Below, piece by piece: positions 42,454 to 58,463 of a stretch of DNA of 64,000 bases. The notes under the pieces were generated by a model, which saw nothing but the letters and a program-made list of their open reading frames with translations, made no database searches and was not told where the DNA came from. The translations under genes and the position numbers were made by a program. The stretch comes from the human T2T-CHM13v2.0 reference genome, Homo sapiens. Position 1 is the first letter of the stretch. Each line of letters opens with the position of its first letter. The stretch lies in NCBI RefSeq assembly GCF_009914755.1, contig NC_060931.1; one strand, written 5' to 3'.

Positions 42454-43399
42454 AAGATAACTCTTTAAATAGCTACTACTTTCCTTCTCTATCCATTATT
42501 CATAGTTTAATATCAGGCATGATATTGTAAATGCAAAGAACTGCATGATAGACTCATTTCTTTGTTTATTAAAAAAGTATGATTAAAATTATAATTTGTG
42601 GTGGTAGAATGACAATGTATATTTAAGCACACATCTTAGAAAGGATACCTGGGGTTGTAATAGGTGGGAAAACATGCAAACAAATGAGCTAGCCCATATT
42701 GAGCATAAACTTCTAAAATGTAAAAAAGTATATCTAGTATGCAATGACAGTCTATATACAGTATGGACTTTTACTTGAGAAATATTATTTGTTATACAAA
42801 AATGCTTGTTGGTCAAAACAAGTCTTTGCTGAGAAGGAGTACTGATGTCCAGTTTCCTTACATTATATAATAACTGGTATACCTATACAACTATGGTAAA
42901 AGTCCATTTATAGTCCCTATATCCCTTTCTTCCTTGGAAGGTATAGTGCTTCAGCTTCCTTCAGTACTATATCTGCTTAATAGATTGAAGATTATATTGC
43001 AGGTGTTAGAGAGGCAAATTTTTAGAACATCTTGCTAAGTAAATAGTATCACCTTACTAAGAGCTATGCTAATCTAATATCACTACTATCATATTTGGCA
43101 GTGAAAAACAAATATGGTTGAAAAATACCAACAGTGGCCACAAAAATCACTTATGTGAGATTACATTTGAAATTTGCCTCCCTCACACTGTCCAGGTTTA
43201 GGCCTCCAGCCCCATATTAAGATGAAAGATCACAGAGTAATGATGTCTAGAAATTCTAGATAGACATCAAAAGAAGTCAGGGACCTCCTCACTAGCGCCC
43301 AAATTAACATGGAGGAACACAGTCTTGGAACGCATCTACGAGACTCCTGGTTTAAAGAGTGGGAGTTCTCTTCCTATCTCATGCCATTAAGACTCTCAA

Positions 43400-44430
43400 G
43401 TGATCCAGCCCAGGCCACTCCTCTCTACTCCAGATTCATATTTCTAACTGCCTACTCAATATCCGTGTGTGAACATCTTATAGATACCATTCATGTAACA
43501 TCCTCTTTTTCCTCACAAACCTGCTCCTTTCACAGTCTCTTCTTTCTCAGGAAGTGACATCTACATAAATCCTAATGTTCAGTTCTGACAACTTGGATCA
43601 TTTTTGACTCCTCTATTTCTCTAACCTCCCACATCCAAATATATCAATAGATTCTGTGAGCTGTCAAGCATCAGACCATTTTTTTTTTGCCACCTCTTCC
43701 TTTATTATCCCTCTACAAGCCACCATTATATCTCACCTAGACGAAGACAGTAGCCTCCTGTCATGCAGCTTCTGCCACCCCTTCCCTTCTGCCTCCAACC
43801 TCTTCCTACCCCAGGGCTTCAATGCAAGCCAAATCCAACCAGTTATCTTTTGAAACCAAAGCCAAACAGTATCATTCACATGGTCACAGCTCCTCAGCTG
43901 TTTTCCATTTCACTTTAAATAAAAACTTTTCAATTACTTACAAAGTCTGACATCATGTGGCATTCTGACCTCATTTCTTCCTATCGTTCCTTTTCTCATT
44001 TCAGGGCAGCCTCACTAGCTTTAGGGCTGTTTCTTGAGCAATCCTGACATACTCCAGTATTAGAGATTTCTGGTCCCTCTTCCTGGAATGTTATTCTGCT
44101 AGATAACGTCTTGGTGCCATTCCACATGAAGTCCTTGCTCACACAGTATGTCCGCAGTAACGCCCTTTCTGACACCCACCCATTTAACATCACGACCTCC
44201 TGCTTACCACTTATTGTACCTACCTTCTCTGCCCTTTTTAAATTCACAGATCGTGTTATTATTTGATATACCAGAGGTTTTCCTTATTTATTTATTATCG
44301 ATCTTTTCTCTTTAGAATGCATTATCCCTGAAGACAGAGATTTTTGTCTTTTTTCCTGTTATATGCCTAGCTTCTAAAACAATGCCTGGAAAATATATTT
44401 CCAGTGAAAATATTTGTTGAACTAATGAAT
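43400..44430 (+). mobile_element. L2 LINE remnant
   Basis: tccagattcatatttctaactgcctactc; tttgactcctct...cccacatccaa; 3' end tagaatgc...aacaatgcctgg...atatttgttgaactaatgaat. Confidence 0.8.
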
Positions 44431-45042
44431 AAGAGGATCAGAATACTTTTAATACACAAAAGCTCTAGGGTTGTTACAATCTGTCAAGGTCCTCAAAGGA
44501 ATGTAGAGAATAAAAACCATAAAGCACCATCACCCCAGTGCTTTACTTGAAAGATCATTGGTGCTCATGGCTGCTACTATTTGCTCCCTCTGCTAACCCT
44601 AATTTTCAAAGGTTTTAGCCTTGTCACCATCATGACCTATGTCACTGTATGACTGAAAATACCTATGACCTTGGTTGACTCTGAATTCTGCATATTCCTT
44701 TTCAATTTCTCTACTCATGGTTCCTTCCAACTTGGTACAAGTCGATGCAGTTTCCCACCTAGAATTCTACTTGGATAAAAAGTACCCTGCCTCAGACTGA
44801 CTTTCTTTCTTAACCTAACCAGTAATCATGCACTCACCACTCCAAGGATAAAGCATGGTCATCAAGGTTTTGAAAGCAAATCAAGGTATCCATGCTGAAA
44901 TAATACTCCTGTAGCTTGAACTAGAACCAGCATTATAAGATAATTATATTGTATCCTTGTTTACAAGATAATTAAGCAATGTAGAGAAATCCTAGGAAGG
45001 TGGGTTTTAAGGCTACACTAAAGCATATAAAATAAAAAAGAC

Positions 45043-45340
45043 GGCCGGGAGCGGTGGCTCACGCCTGTAATCCCAGCACTTTGGGAGGCCAAGGCAGGTG
45101 GATCACGAGGTCAGGAGTTCAAGGCCAGCCTGGCCAAGATGGTGAAACCCCATCTACTAAAAATACAAAAATGAGCTGGGCATAGTGGTGGGCACCTGTA
45201 ATCCCAGCTACTCGGGAGGCTGAGGCAGAGGATTGCTTGAACCCAGGAGGCAGAGGTTGCAGTGAGCCAAGATCGCACCATTGCACTCCAGCCTGGGTGA
45301 CAGAGCAAGACTTCATCTCAAAAATAAATAAATAATAAAT
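45043..45340 (+). mobile_element. Alu (AluS)
   Basis: ggccgggagcggtggctcacgcc ... (AAAT)n tail. Confidence 0.96.
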
Positions 45341-45683
45341 AAAATTAAAAAGATATAAATTAGGTGATACAAAAAATGCAAAAAGCTAAATGCTACTTGA
45401 AATATTTGATGAGTCCTAGGGGAGTAGGTGTTACAGAGGAGCTTTGAAGGGAGAAAGGACTCTTTCCAAAGTACTGTACTCTGGATTTACCATATCTGTG
45501 AGAATCTCAAGTTATAACACATTACCATTTTCTTCATTCAAAGACTATGTGTGGTGTTAAACATAGCTTCTACCTTTAATGTCATTTAAGGAAACAGCAA
45601 TAGAACTAATTCTAAAGATGTGAAACACTTCTGTATTGTCTGGTGTCCTACATTTGGATGTTGAGCCGAGTGTTTAGTGCTCA

Positions 45684-45842
<159 letters not shown>

Positions 45843-46759
45843 CTATTAAAGGAATGATGATGATTTATTTCAGATGTGGAAGTTAAAAGAAGACTTTCAG
45901 CAGGAACACATTATAATATATGCCCACAAACCCTTGGATTCATTTTGGAACCGATTAAAAACATGAAGCAAAGCACAGAAGGGTATGAAGCCAAAATAAA
46001 TAGAATTTTCCTACATTAATATGCCTATAGCATTACCACTTTTCTGTTAAAAAAGAAAAGCTCAAAGCACCATATAGAATGGTAATGTGTTTTAGACATT
46101 GGGATTCATTGTTCTCTCAGATTGGAGCTAACATATTACAGATTTAAGTTATGACTTTTTTTCTTTGAATGCTGTATCTTAGCAAAGCACAAGGAAGCAT
46201 TCTTATTTTTCAAGTGGGGCAACACGTTACTTTGTAAATTTGAGAAAGTCTGGTTTAAAATAAAGGGCATTTTAAGTTTAGAAGGAAAAAATGGTAAATA
46301 GTAAGTACTGGATGAAATAAAAAAGAATATTTTGGTCACATGCCTTTGAAAGTTGCATGTTACTCATTAAAACTACTTAAAAATAATTATTTAGAATAAT
46401 ATCGGTATTTATATTTAAACGTCTTAAAATTCTGCTTGATCCACTGATCTTCATCATCCTAAAAACCTCATGGATGAAGATTTCATCCTCCTTCAATTGT
46501 AGGATGTCTACTGCTTCCAAGATAATGGTTTGATTCCTTTAGCTGTGCATAATATGGTTCTCAGGAGCTGAAGGAATGAGTCTCTAATTGATACTCCTTA
46601 CTTTCCAAAGGACTGATATAACTCAAGTTAGCACAGAATCTGTAAGCTGAAACCTGATGCAGTTGTATGGGTGTGTGTGTACTCCTCCATGTACAGATAC
46701 ACACACATGCACATACATATACATTTAAAAATTAAATCTCTGGAGACACCATGGGCCCG

Positions 46760-46985
46760 CCAGGCTCTGAAACTCTGGAACCAGACTTCCTAGATTCAAA
46801 TCTCAGCTCACCTACAAATTTGCTGTGTAACTTTTCTGAATCACAGCCTCCTCACTAGTAAAATTAGGATAACACAGCACTTACCATATGGAGTTTTTGT
46901 AAGAAATAAATGTTGTAAGGTTTTCCTCCACATAAAATGCTTGGAATAGTTTCTGGCTCACAAGTTGCTCAATGAATGTTAATTA
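46760..46985 (+). mobile_element. MIR SINE
   Basis: ctctggaaccagacttcctagattcaaatctcagctc ... gtaaaattaggataacacagcactt ... gctcaatgaatgtt. Confidence 0.7.
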
Positions 46986-48969
46986 ATGGTAAAAAGTACA
47001 GTAAAATACCAGTTAAACTAGCAATACATGTTTTCAATTCTAATCAATTATTTGAATCACATCTCACTCTACTACATCTAATAATTTTATTCACATCAAT
47101 TGACTTTTCAGAAATTGTGCTGAAATTGACTGATCTCCAGTTGAAACATTCAAACTACAAGAAAACAACTGCGTGTTTTCACAATAACCATTTGTCCAGG
47201 CACATTTGAAATAAATGTTTATCGAGTAAATTAGTAAATAATACAGCAAATTTATCAGCTTCATTAAAATACTTTAAGGATACTAGTATATTTGAGTGTA
47301 GGACACAGGTAGTTTCATTCTAGATAGTATACTTTTTATTAAGCGTACTATTTTCTGTTACATGGAGTAAAAGAACAAATTAAAAAATAAGAGAGCATAA
47401 GATGGATAATAAAATGGGAAACACTGAGAAAGTTATTTAAATACACATAAGATGTCATTAACAATTTGTAGTCCTCTCGCACTGAAAAAAATGATGCAGT
47501 ATGCAGTTGTACAAATGATTTCCAAAAAGTCAAATAATTATCCTTGCCTTGAATCTCACTGTTTTAATGAGACATTTTAAATTATCTACAATTTAAGACG
47601 TTGAAGACAGATGTAATACATAACTAAATATAGTTAAAACTTGCATACAGGATTACTATGCCACACAAATGGCTTTGTGTCCATTTTGAATCCTGCCCTG
47701 CTACTTTCTCTTTCCATTAACTACTGTAAACAAAGGGCTTCCCTGCTGACTTCAAAGACAATCCTGACTTGAGATCCACTCCCTAGGACATTAGACAAAA
47801 TGACGAATGGCTTCTCGTTACTTGGGAAAATGTTTGTTATGCACCATACAAACATTTTTACAGATGAGATCGTTAGCTCCATTGTACCTTATTTATTTTC
47901 CCTCATAAAATTCAGTGATGTCAAAAGAGTGTAAGACTGACTATAAAATACCACTTCATCTGTAACAAACCAAATATGGTGAAGAGCTCCAGAATCATGT
48001 AATCGGTTGTGCTAACACATAAAACCTTTACTGTGTATTCCAAGAAAAATAGGTCTCAGGCTTTTACAGACAGCATTTACTGAGGATCCACTTTATTCTA
48101 GGTAATTTATATAAATTAACTTGTTTGTGAGAAGAGCATTACCTTACAAATGTAGAAACTCAGGTCAGTGAAGTTACATGATTTGTTTGTACATTATGGT
48201 CAGATTGGGATGCAAATGCATGCCAAGCCTATTTGGAAGCCTACTCCATTCTCACTATATTACTCTGTACCTTAAAATTTGTTTTTTAAATAATACCTTT
48301 TGGAAATGGAGAGGTACATGGTTTGCTCATGTATATATTGGAATTGTACTTTTTATTTCAATGATCATTGTATATTTACATGTGTAGGGACAAATCAGAC
48401 AATTAATTTGAGGATTTCAATTACAATCAAATATTTCTTTTCCAATTCCTGAACCCTTAAATTTGAGACTTTTCTTTTTTTTGACATGTTTAAATCCTAG
48501 GAAATAATATTTCCTTAAAAATAAGCATAAAAGAATACACTGTGCATTTCAAATATGTGACAACAGCAGGAACTCAGGATTGATTACTCATTCCAAGCCT
48601 CTAACAATGTTGTGATGTTATAGAGTAGCCCAAACTTTATGCTAAATTCTTCCCAGAAAGATTATTTTTATTTCGGTTGGCTTCACACACCGTAATATTT
48701 GAGAAAATCAGATATACAAAATGTTGGAATATCTTGCTGTATATATGTTCTGCTCCGACAAACTTTTATACAAAAATAAACCTATTCGGTCTTTCACTAA
48801 TACCTTGTAAGTTCTACATCAAAATTAAAGGTGACTTTGCGGTATACTTTAAGTAGTACTCTTTATTTTGTTAGTACGATAACTAATTATTCAGAAGTTA
48901 TAAAATATAATTTTTCATAACAACAAAACATTTCAATAAGCAAAGAACATAAAATAGCTTAGTTTTTAC

Positions 48970-49011
48970 CTTTTTAGATGAAATTTTCATTGTTGTTATA
49001 GGAGCATGATT
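48970..49011 (-). CDS. SEMA3C: Semaphorin-3C exon 14 (42 nt, phase 0-0)
   Basis: tttTAG|AATCAT ... AAAAAG|GTAAAA; NHAPITTMKISSKK. Confidence 0.95.
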
Positions 49012-49196
49012 CTAAAATATTAGAAAACAACATGTTAGTTGCTCAAATATTGCTTAAAAGGATTTTACATTCAGATTTTTTTTCTATTAAATCTCAAGAA
49101 GAAATCACTTTTCTTTATATATACATCTACTTTAAAATTACTTGTTATATAAAATACATTTGCATATACTTGTCTATAAAGTACACTTCCTCTTTA

Positions 49197-49547
<351 letters not shown>

Positions 49548-49890
49548 TCAATCCGACAAATAATTCAGAATTGGATCCACGGACTCAGGTGGAGAAAGAT
49601 GTGGAATGGTACACCATCTAATTCCTCCGCAACACAAGCACTCTGCATAAGACACTATTGTTCACCTGCCAGTGCTGTTTCGGAAAGACAATATATTAGG
49701 CTGAACCATACTAGTTAATACTCATTGTTGCAAACAAAAAAATATTGTTAGAAAAGGTTCTCTTTTGATAAAATGTGAATGAATGAAAGAACCTAAGAAT
49801 TTTCTGGAATAGTACTATGCTTGCAAATTATTCATAACTTCACTTCTTAAAAATTATTAGTTACTTTTAATGATTAAAAATTAGACTTCT

Positions 49891-50184
<294 letters not shown>

Positions 50185-52508
50185 TTAGACTTCTGGTAAA
50201 GTGATTAAGATTCATGAGCTTTATTTGAATAACTCAAGTGGCAACAAGCTCTCAAAATCAAATGTACCCCCGTTATTTTGTTTTCTGGAGCTGCATGTAT
50301 TTACCAACATTTTAAAAGGGAAAACAGTGATATCTTTAATTCTCCATTGTGACAATTTTTGATCATCCCTTATAAATATGTACACACACATGCACACACA
50401 CATACAAATGCTGCAACCTATAATCAGTTAGGCAGCTACTAGTAGTTATACTTCTAATTCTAGTTAAACTCAGCGGAACTAGACTTATTGTCAGAAAATG
50501 TGGAACAGAGGACTAAAAGAAGAGATTATGGTCCTGCACTGTATAAAAACAAAGCTCCTGGTTTTTCAAAGTCACATTGAATTTTCTGCAGTACATCAGT
50601 GTGACACTTAGCTAAGAAAACTTTTCAATTTAAATGCATTATTTCCTCACATGCTCATGACAGTGTATCATACACACCCAATTATTTTTACCTCACCTCA
50701 GAAATGTGACACAAACACCATGCTGAAGACAGTAACTGTATTCAGTAACTGTGTTTCCTGACTTGGCCATATCAATCACTGGCACACACATCAGTAAGAA
50801 AACTCAGACTTTTTTTGGTGTCTCATGGGCTGATGTCCCCCACGTGCATTCTGACTGACTCTGTTTTTCCACTGAGAGTTTATTATTCAAGATGATAACA
50901 CCAGCATAACTCATATGACAGACCATAAGTAGTTAGCATGTGATCAGACTAACTCATGTTTCTTTCCATAACATGTATGTTTAGGTTTATGTCATGCTCA
51001 CTTAATTAACATTTCCTGATAATCAAAAGGAGATATTTCAGTATTAAAAATGAAGTGCTGCTATATGACATTTTTGCTATCTTCAAGAATACTCCAGAAT
51101 AAGGCACTTCGTATTATTTTAGCAAGCCAAGTTCTCCCTACTGAGTTGAATGAGAAAAAAAATATGTTCTATATAATGTGATTCTGGTTAATCTAGTGAA
51201 ATAATCAATTTCTTTATAAAACAAGGCATGAAAAAGCACTTGTCTGAATATCATTGACGTCATTTTATGAGCCCGATTTTAACACACCAATCACAAAGAA
51301 CCTGTGCCAAAGTTAGTCTAGCATTAAAAATTACAAATTTAATAATATAGTAGGAAACTTGCCAGAGTTCCTCAAATTTATTTGATTCTATTTTATATTT
51401 CTTTACATTTAAAATGTATTACCTAAATCTAACAGCACTGCACCCTACCCACTTACGTGCTTATAAAGTCAGTATTTTTGGTGACCGTGGGAATGTCTAC
51501 TAATGAGTCAATACATTCTAAGTCTACTCAACTAAGCAAAGCAACTTGCTGGACTAGCAAGAGTCTGCTACTGGGAGTTCTCAAGTGCTACTTTTACTCA
51601 GTCATAGGCTGACTCTGGTCTTTTGTTGTGTCTGGGCCATTGTTTCTTAATTGGTTTAGTTGGAAATAGTGTTCTGCAGCAGGACTGATTCCATGCCAAA
51701 CTTTCTTTGCAATTCTAATAGCTCCTCTGCTGCGCTTTACCCATCTTTCCAAATGCAGATAAAAAGCACCACTTGAACTACAGTGACTGACACTGTGAGT
51801 AGAGAAGGGCACAGCAGGACACCACAAATCCCCTCTCCTGGCTCACAGATACATAAAGAACATGCACTCTGCCCTGACCAGGTGAGATCTTACAGTACTG
51901 AACTTCCCTTGTGTATGTTTTTTTTTCTGTCCTTTTTTTCTTTTTTTATCCCAAATTCAAGGACAAGGAGAATAATACAATGAAATCTCAAGTTCTGAGT
52001 GGTAAAGAGACAACATTTGTTTTATTTAACTGAAGTGACATTTGAATTAAAGGCAATAAAATAAGAGAAAACAAAGTCGTTTTTCTTGAAATTACTGGCT
52101 AAAAAAATATAAGAAAGCTTATCTAACAATCAATAATGTGAAAGTATTTGGGTTTCAGTGGCTTGTGAAGCAAATGATAAAAGCCCTTTCATGGCAAAAT
52201 CTTCCAGACCTTGACAACTAGAACTCATTTTTTAAAAATAATGATGACCACAATTCTTCAAGTTGTGATGATAGCTTAAAAACAGAAAGAATCCTTTTAT
52301 CTTAAGATAACTTGAAATGTAGGAAAATACTTTGCAAAAATATTTGTTCTGTATTTCTTATTTTATCTGGTGTTTTCCTACCCTCAAAAATTCATAACAT
52401 TCATTTATTTGATCTTTTATCAAATATAGTTTCCTCCCAAGTGGCTGTAAGATTAAAGAATTCCACTCATCATGCATGTTCTGAGATTAATAGAAGAGAT
52501 GTTCAAAC

Positions 52509-52597
52509 CTTAAAGACTTCCAGCTCCTCCAGAATGAGCTCGCCACTGACAGAGTTGTTAGTAGGAAGAACAACCACTTTTTGCACAGTACCCCGAT
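52509..52597 (-). CDS. SEMA3C: Semaphorin-3C exon 13 (Sema domain)
   Basis: aattTAG|ATCGG ... TTTAAG|GTTTGA; 89 nt; (D)RGTVQKVVVLPTNNSVSGELILEELEVFK. Confidence 0.96.
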
Positions 52598-52802
52598 CTA
52601 AATTAAAAAAAGAAGAAATGAGATGTTACAATACTTTTTAAAAGAAAGCTATTTAGACATAGGACTACTGACTTGGACCATTATTTACATAAGTATTTAG
52701 TAATCAAAAAACATTGTATGTATTAAGCCACTGCCATGTGCTGAATGTATTCCAAATCTCATAAAAATTGAAACACATACAATTCAAGGGGAACTAATAT
52801 GA

Positions 52803-53233
<431 letters not shown>

Positions 53234-53561
53234 AATACATAAGTTTAAGTTTGATCATTAATATTACTTTCTCCTCCACACCAACATTATAAAGTGACAA
53301 TCTCATTTTGTTAACATTAAAACAATGATTTCATTATCTGAAGAAAGATGACTGCAAATGAATTTTTATAATAACTGTATAAGTCACTAGGATTGGAAAA
53401 TTCACATTTGGTCTGTAACTGTGATGGACTTTCGACATGGTGAAATGTTTCACTCACCATTCAAAATCATCTTCAAAAAAGAAACACAACTGATTTTATT
53501 TCAGGTGTGGACACCTATTCATAGAAAAGTTCTACTATTTACACAATTTTATTTGTCAGTT

Positions 53562-54606
53562 TGTTACAGTACATAGCTAGTCAGACATGAATAGGTGAGC
53601 AGAGTCCCCCACCCCCAACCAGTAATGTCAGGCGACCAACAGGTGATGGTCAGGCAGTTATCACATGTCATGTCTCTCTAAAATAATAACTGGTTGCAGC
53701 TGGTGCTGAGGCAGGAAAACAGGGTATGGAGGCAGGGAACATAAAGCCGATTCAAACTTCAGCTATGACAGGAAATATCCTCTCCGCAGGGCATACGCCG
53801 GGTAAATGACTTTGTAACTTTACTTCATCTTCTTCCTTTACATAGGGTGTACCCCAAATAGAGGGTATTTAAACTCCAAAAAATTCTGTAACGGGGCCTT
53901 TGAGACCCTATGCTCAGGCCTGCTCCCACAATGTGGAGTGTACTTTCATTTTCAATAAAACCCTTCATTCCTTCCTTGCTTTGTTTGTGTGTTTTGTCCA
54001 ATTCTTTCCTCAAGACGCCAAGAACCTGGACACCCTCCACCGTTAACAGTGCCAGGGAAACACAGTCTCCCAGTAGATGGAAACACCTGAAACTGGTGAT
54101 CAGCAGCTTCCCAGTAAGATCTCAGGAGCTGAGTGAGTGAGCTCAAGCATGTCCATTAACAGGCAAAATGGGAGAGTTTTACTGGTATATGACCTTCCTT
54201 TAGGAATGCTAGACTGGTAAGGGAAAAACGCCTCAAGTGAGCATGGGCACAACTCCAGTAAACACACTGCGCATGCTCTCCTCCCACGTGCTGGCAGGCC
54301 ACCATGCCTGCGGACAGCTCACCCCAAGGCAGGAATCAGGGGAGAAGGAGTCCAAGACCCCAGAAGTATGAGAACCTGTAACACCCTAAGTCAAAGGTCA
54401 AAACTGCAAACTTGATCTCTCAAGTCGCACAACTGTATTTTTCTTCCTTCCATTCCTGCTCTAAAGCTTTTTAATAAGCTTTTACTCCTGCTCTAAAACT
54501 TGCGTTGGTCTCTCACTCCGCCTTAGGCCCCTTGGTCAAGTTCCTTATTCTGAGGAGGCAGGAACTTAGGTTGCTGCAGACCCATACAAATTTGCTGCCA
54601 GTAACA
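53562..54606 (+). mobile_element. ERV1 solo LTR, MER50-like, split by a second LTR
   Basis: TGTTACAG...GTAACA termini; 4-bp TSD AGTT (53558-53561, 54607-54610). Confidence 0.85.
53707..54048 (+). mobile_element. ERV1 solo LTR, MER61A-like (342 bp), nested in the MER50-like LTR
   Basis: TGAGGCAGGAAAA...GTTAACA; 4-bp TSD GTGC (53703-53706, 54049-54052); TATTTAAA and AATAAA inside. Confidence 0.85.
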
Positions 54607-55587
54607 AGTTGGCAATATGTTTCTTTGGATATCTCAAAATGTAGAGGAAATTTTGAAATTAGATGATCCAAATAAGCTGAATCAAATCAGAAATTTACTC
54701 ATATGTCCCAATTACAGATAGCCAAAAATTGAGATGCCAAAATAAATATAAGAATACAGGAAATAATATTTATGTCAAGATTTATAAATGGTTTCACAAG
54801 TCATGTAAACATTATGCATATAATCATGCCACTCTACCAATCACATAAATTTTAGGTTTAAAAGACACTAGTTTAGATTTAGCAATGTGGGGGTTAAAGC
54901 AAATTTGTGAGTAATCTGGCAAAGTAAAAATATATTTACTTAAAATGTTTTTATTAACTAGTGAGTTGGATCATAAATATCAAGTTATTCTTCTTTTAAA
55001 TTATAACTAAATTTATAATTTGTAAATATGCATTATCATCAACATAATGCACATTTTTAAATTCTACTGAAAATGTCATAAGAAGAATTAACTTGAACTG
55101 AATTGTACAGGACTTTACAACCAGAAATCATTTAGTGAGTAATACTATAAATTTCAAATCTCACATCTCAAGTTGGCTTCTATTCCACAGGCACGAGTTA
55201 CTCTGACATAAAAGATTTTATCTCATGTTTATAGTTTGTGTTTTATGAATCCAACTGAAAGAGTCAAAGTAATTCTTAATAAAAAATAAACTCAACTTTA
55301 AAACACAGCAAACTGAAAAATAAAAATCCACTAAATTAAAAATAATGTTTATACAAAAGAGCAAGACAGAGTTTGCCAGAATAATGCCTGAAATTTGTAA
55401 GGATACAAAGTATAAGCACATAATCTTAGAAGTTGCAAAGCATACTCTGTAATTTAAAATTCACTTCTTAAGCCACACTCAAAAAAAGTGAAAATAATAA
55501 TCATCCCAAAGATTTGCAGGCTCTAGTTTTAATTAAAAGGCTCTGAAATATCTGCTTTGCAGCCGCTTCCTTAGAATTACCTCTGAT

Positions 55588-55943
<356 letters not shown>

Positions 55944-56142
55944 TTAGAAGTGAAAAAACATTTGGGGATGGGGATGCTGTGCAGAGACCTGTCACAACTG
56001 AAAATGGATGCATGTGGTTGGAGGTGTTCCTTAATTTCTATTAACAACCTATTGGAATTAGCAGTGGAAACTTCTAGGGAAATACAACATACCAAAACAC
56101 TTGATCTGAAAGCCATGAAACTGTGATAGCTAGGGCAAGATT

Positions 56143-56163
56143 TGTGTGTGTGTGTGTGTGTGT
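56143..56163. repeat. (TG)10 microsatellite
   Basis: Dinucleotide run. Confidence 0.9.
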
Positions 56164-56414
56164 CAATGACCACAGGCATGTGTGTGCATATACGTTCCTG
56201 TTGAATATTTGTTGAATTAATTTGTAGGCATGAAGGAGAGAAAACTCAGAAGAATACAGATGTAAAATCTTTGTTATATGAGCATGTTATCATAGAAAGC
56301 ATTTTTTTAACAAGTCTTAACAGTTTTATGGTTCCCTGCTGCAGTTTGTAAGAATCACTACCATTCTATGTGACAGCATAATCTACATTCTTTCTTGTTT
56401 GCAACTCTTTAAAT

Positions 56415-56635
56415 TTTTTTATCTTTAATCATTATGGATATATAATAGTTGTACTATTTATGAGGTACATGTGGTATTTTGATAAAGATATACAATGTGT
56501 AATGATCAAATCAAGGTAACTGGGGTACTCATTATCTTAGGCATTTATCATTTCTTTGTGTTAGGAACATTCCAATTCCACTCTTTTAGTTATTTTAAAA
56601 TATACAATAAATTACTCTTAACTACAGTTGCCCTA
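56415..56635 (-). mobile_element. L1MA-like 3' end fragment
   Basis: ataatagttgtactatttatgaggtacatgtg...tacaatgtgtaatgatcaaatc...catttatcatttctttgtgttaggaacattcc. Confidence 0.8.
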
Positions 56636-56932
56636 TGAAAAGAGACTGAGTAGAGGCTGTGTATAACACAGCTCCAAATAAAACTGCATAAAAACAGGTT
56701 TTGCTTAGAAAGGTTCTGATAGATAAAACTATCAGCTCTGAAAAGAAATAAGTACTCTCAAATGAGACAACTGACTCCATATTCCCCAATGTTTTCACTT
56801 ACTATGAGAGCAAAATTTTACAGAAATCCCCATTTTCTGACAAGGCTCACAACAAACATACTTTATGCATACCATTTTAAAAATATTACACAAAGAAGGG
56901 CTATAAAGATGAGCTAATAAAAAGATAATGCA

Positions 56933-57285
<353 letters not shown>

Positions 57286-57929
57286 TTACAATACCACTTT
57301 TAGTCATTTCTCTTTTCCTTTGTTATTTTTGGTCTTGATGGTAATGAGTTCCCTGTATGAGGAATACTTCTGAGGTATCCTTGCGCTGTATCATTTACTA
57401 ATAATTAAGTAAGTAGTCTTAAGTTGTGTTCTATCCATTTTCACTCATTGATTCAACAAGAAAGTACTGAGTGAGTTGGGCAGTATGGATGCAAACATAC
57501 ATAGGCATTGGACTCAAGAGTTCAGAATCTAGAATTTATGGTTTTCTGAGTAGTAAGTGTGTTCCCATTAAAATGTTAGTCATTGAGAGACAGGCATTCC
57601 AGAATGGCCATAAAACTCCCAATTACTTATGTCCACATAAAGCCATCTGCATGCCCTTTCGTTTGAAGATGATAATATACTTATCAAATGTTTTCCTTCT
57701 GGGGGTGGTGAGAATGGTATTCCCTGAATGTATTCACAACTATAAATCCTTTTTAGTGTTCTGCAGAATTGGACTATTGCTTTTATATCCTTGGGGAAGG
57801 CACCATGTCTATGATATGGTTACAGCGAAGCTGTCACTTCTTTTTTTCTTTAAACCTCACTTTGCTATTGTGTAAAACGTAAATAATAACCATGCTTTTC
57901 ATAATGGCTATCTAAAAATCCATTAAGCT

Positions 57930-58463
57930 AAGGCTAAAGCCTAGCCAGAATCACTTCCCTTCTTTTGGCACTAACACCCTGACACATCTTTCGGAAACAC
58001 CACCTACCTCATTTTCAGTCTACCTGGTTAAGGAATGGTTTACCTCTCTTCCGGCTCCAGGGAGGCCCACATGATGTAAGCCTGGCCAATAAGAGCATAC
58101 CCTTGCCCCTGTGATTCACAAAGGAACTGACCTAGAAAAGAGTGAGGGCCCTGCCCTTCCTGGGAATGAGGTAAGTGAGCCTCTTCTTCTTTCTGAAATC
58201 AGGAGCATTCAAGCTTGTAAATCTGGAGGTGCTGGAGCCATTCTTGCTACCACATACAGACTCCATTTGAGAACAAGCAATGCAGAGGAAGTAAAACTGA
58301 AAGGTTGTGAAGTAAGTTCCTGACCACATCATCTTAGCACAAATTCAGCTATGTCTGAGGCTGTGTTCTGGATTTCTCAGTTAAACGAAGAAAACAGTTA
58401 TTTTGTTTTAAGTAGTCTGAGTAAGGTGTGTGGTCACTTTCAGTTGAAAGAGCTCTGACTAAT
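57930..58463. mobile_element. MaLR LTR remnant (MLT1-like)
   Basis: gcctggccaataagagc; gctggagccattcttgctaccac; agctatgtctgaggc; gtcactttcagttgaaagagctctgactaata. Confidence 0.6.

Noticed and set aside
50590-50760. TGACA/T-box-like motif cluster as a cardiac enhancer
   Set aside because: Short degenerate motifs expected by chance; cannot be supported without conservation or ChIP data
53780-53805. p53 site in the MER61-like LTR
   Set aside because: GGGCATACGCCGGGT does not form two RRRCWWGYYY half-sites
57471-57875. 134-aa + strand ORF
   Set aside because: No ATG at the annotated start, no recognisable domain, intronic AT-rich sequence; consistent with chance
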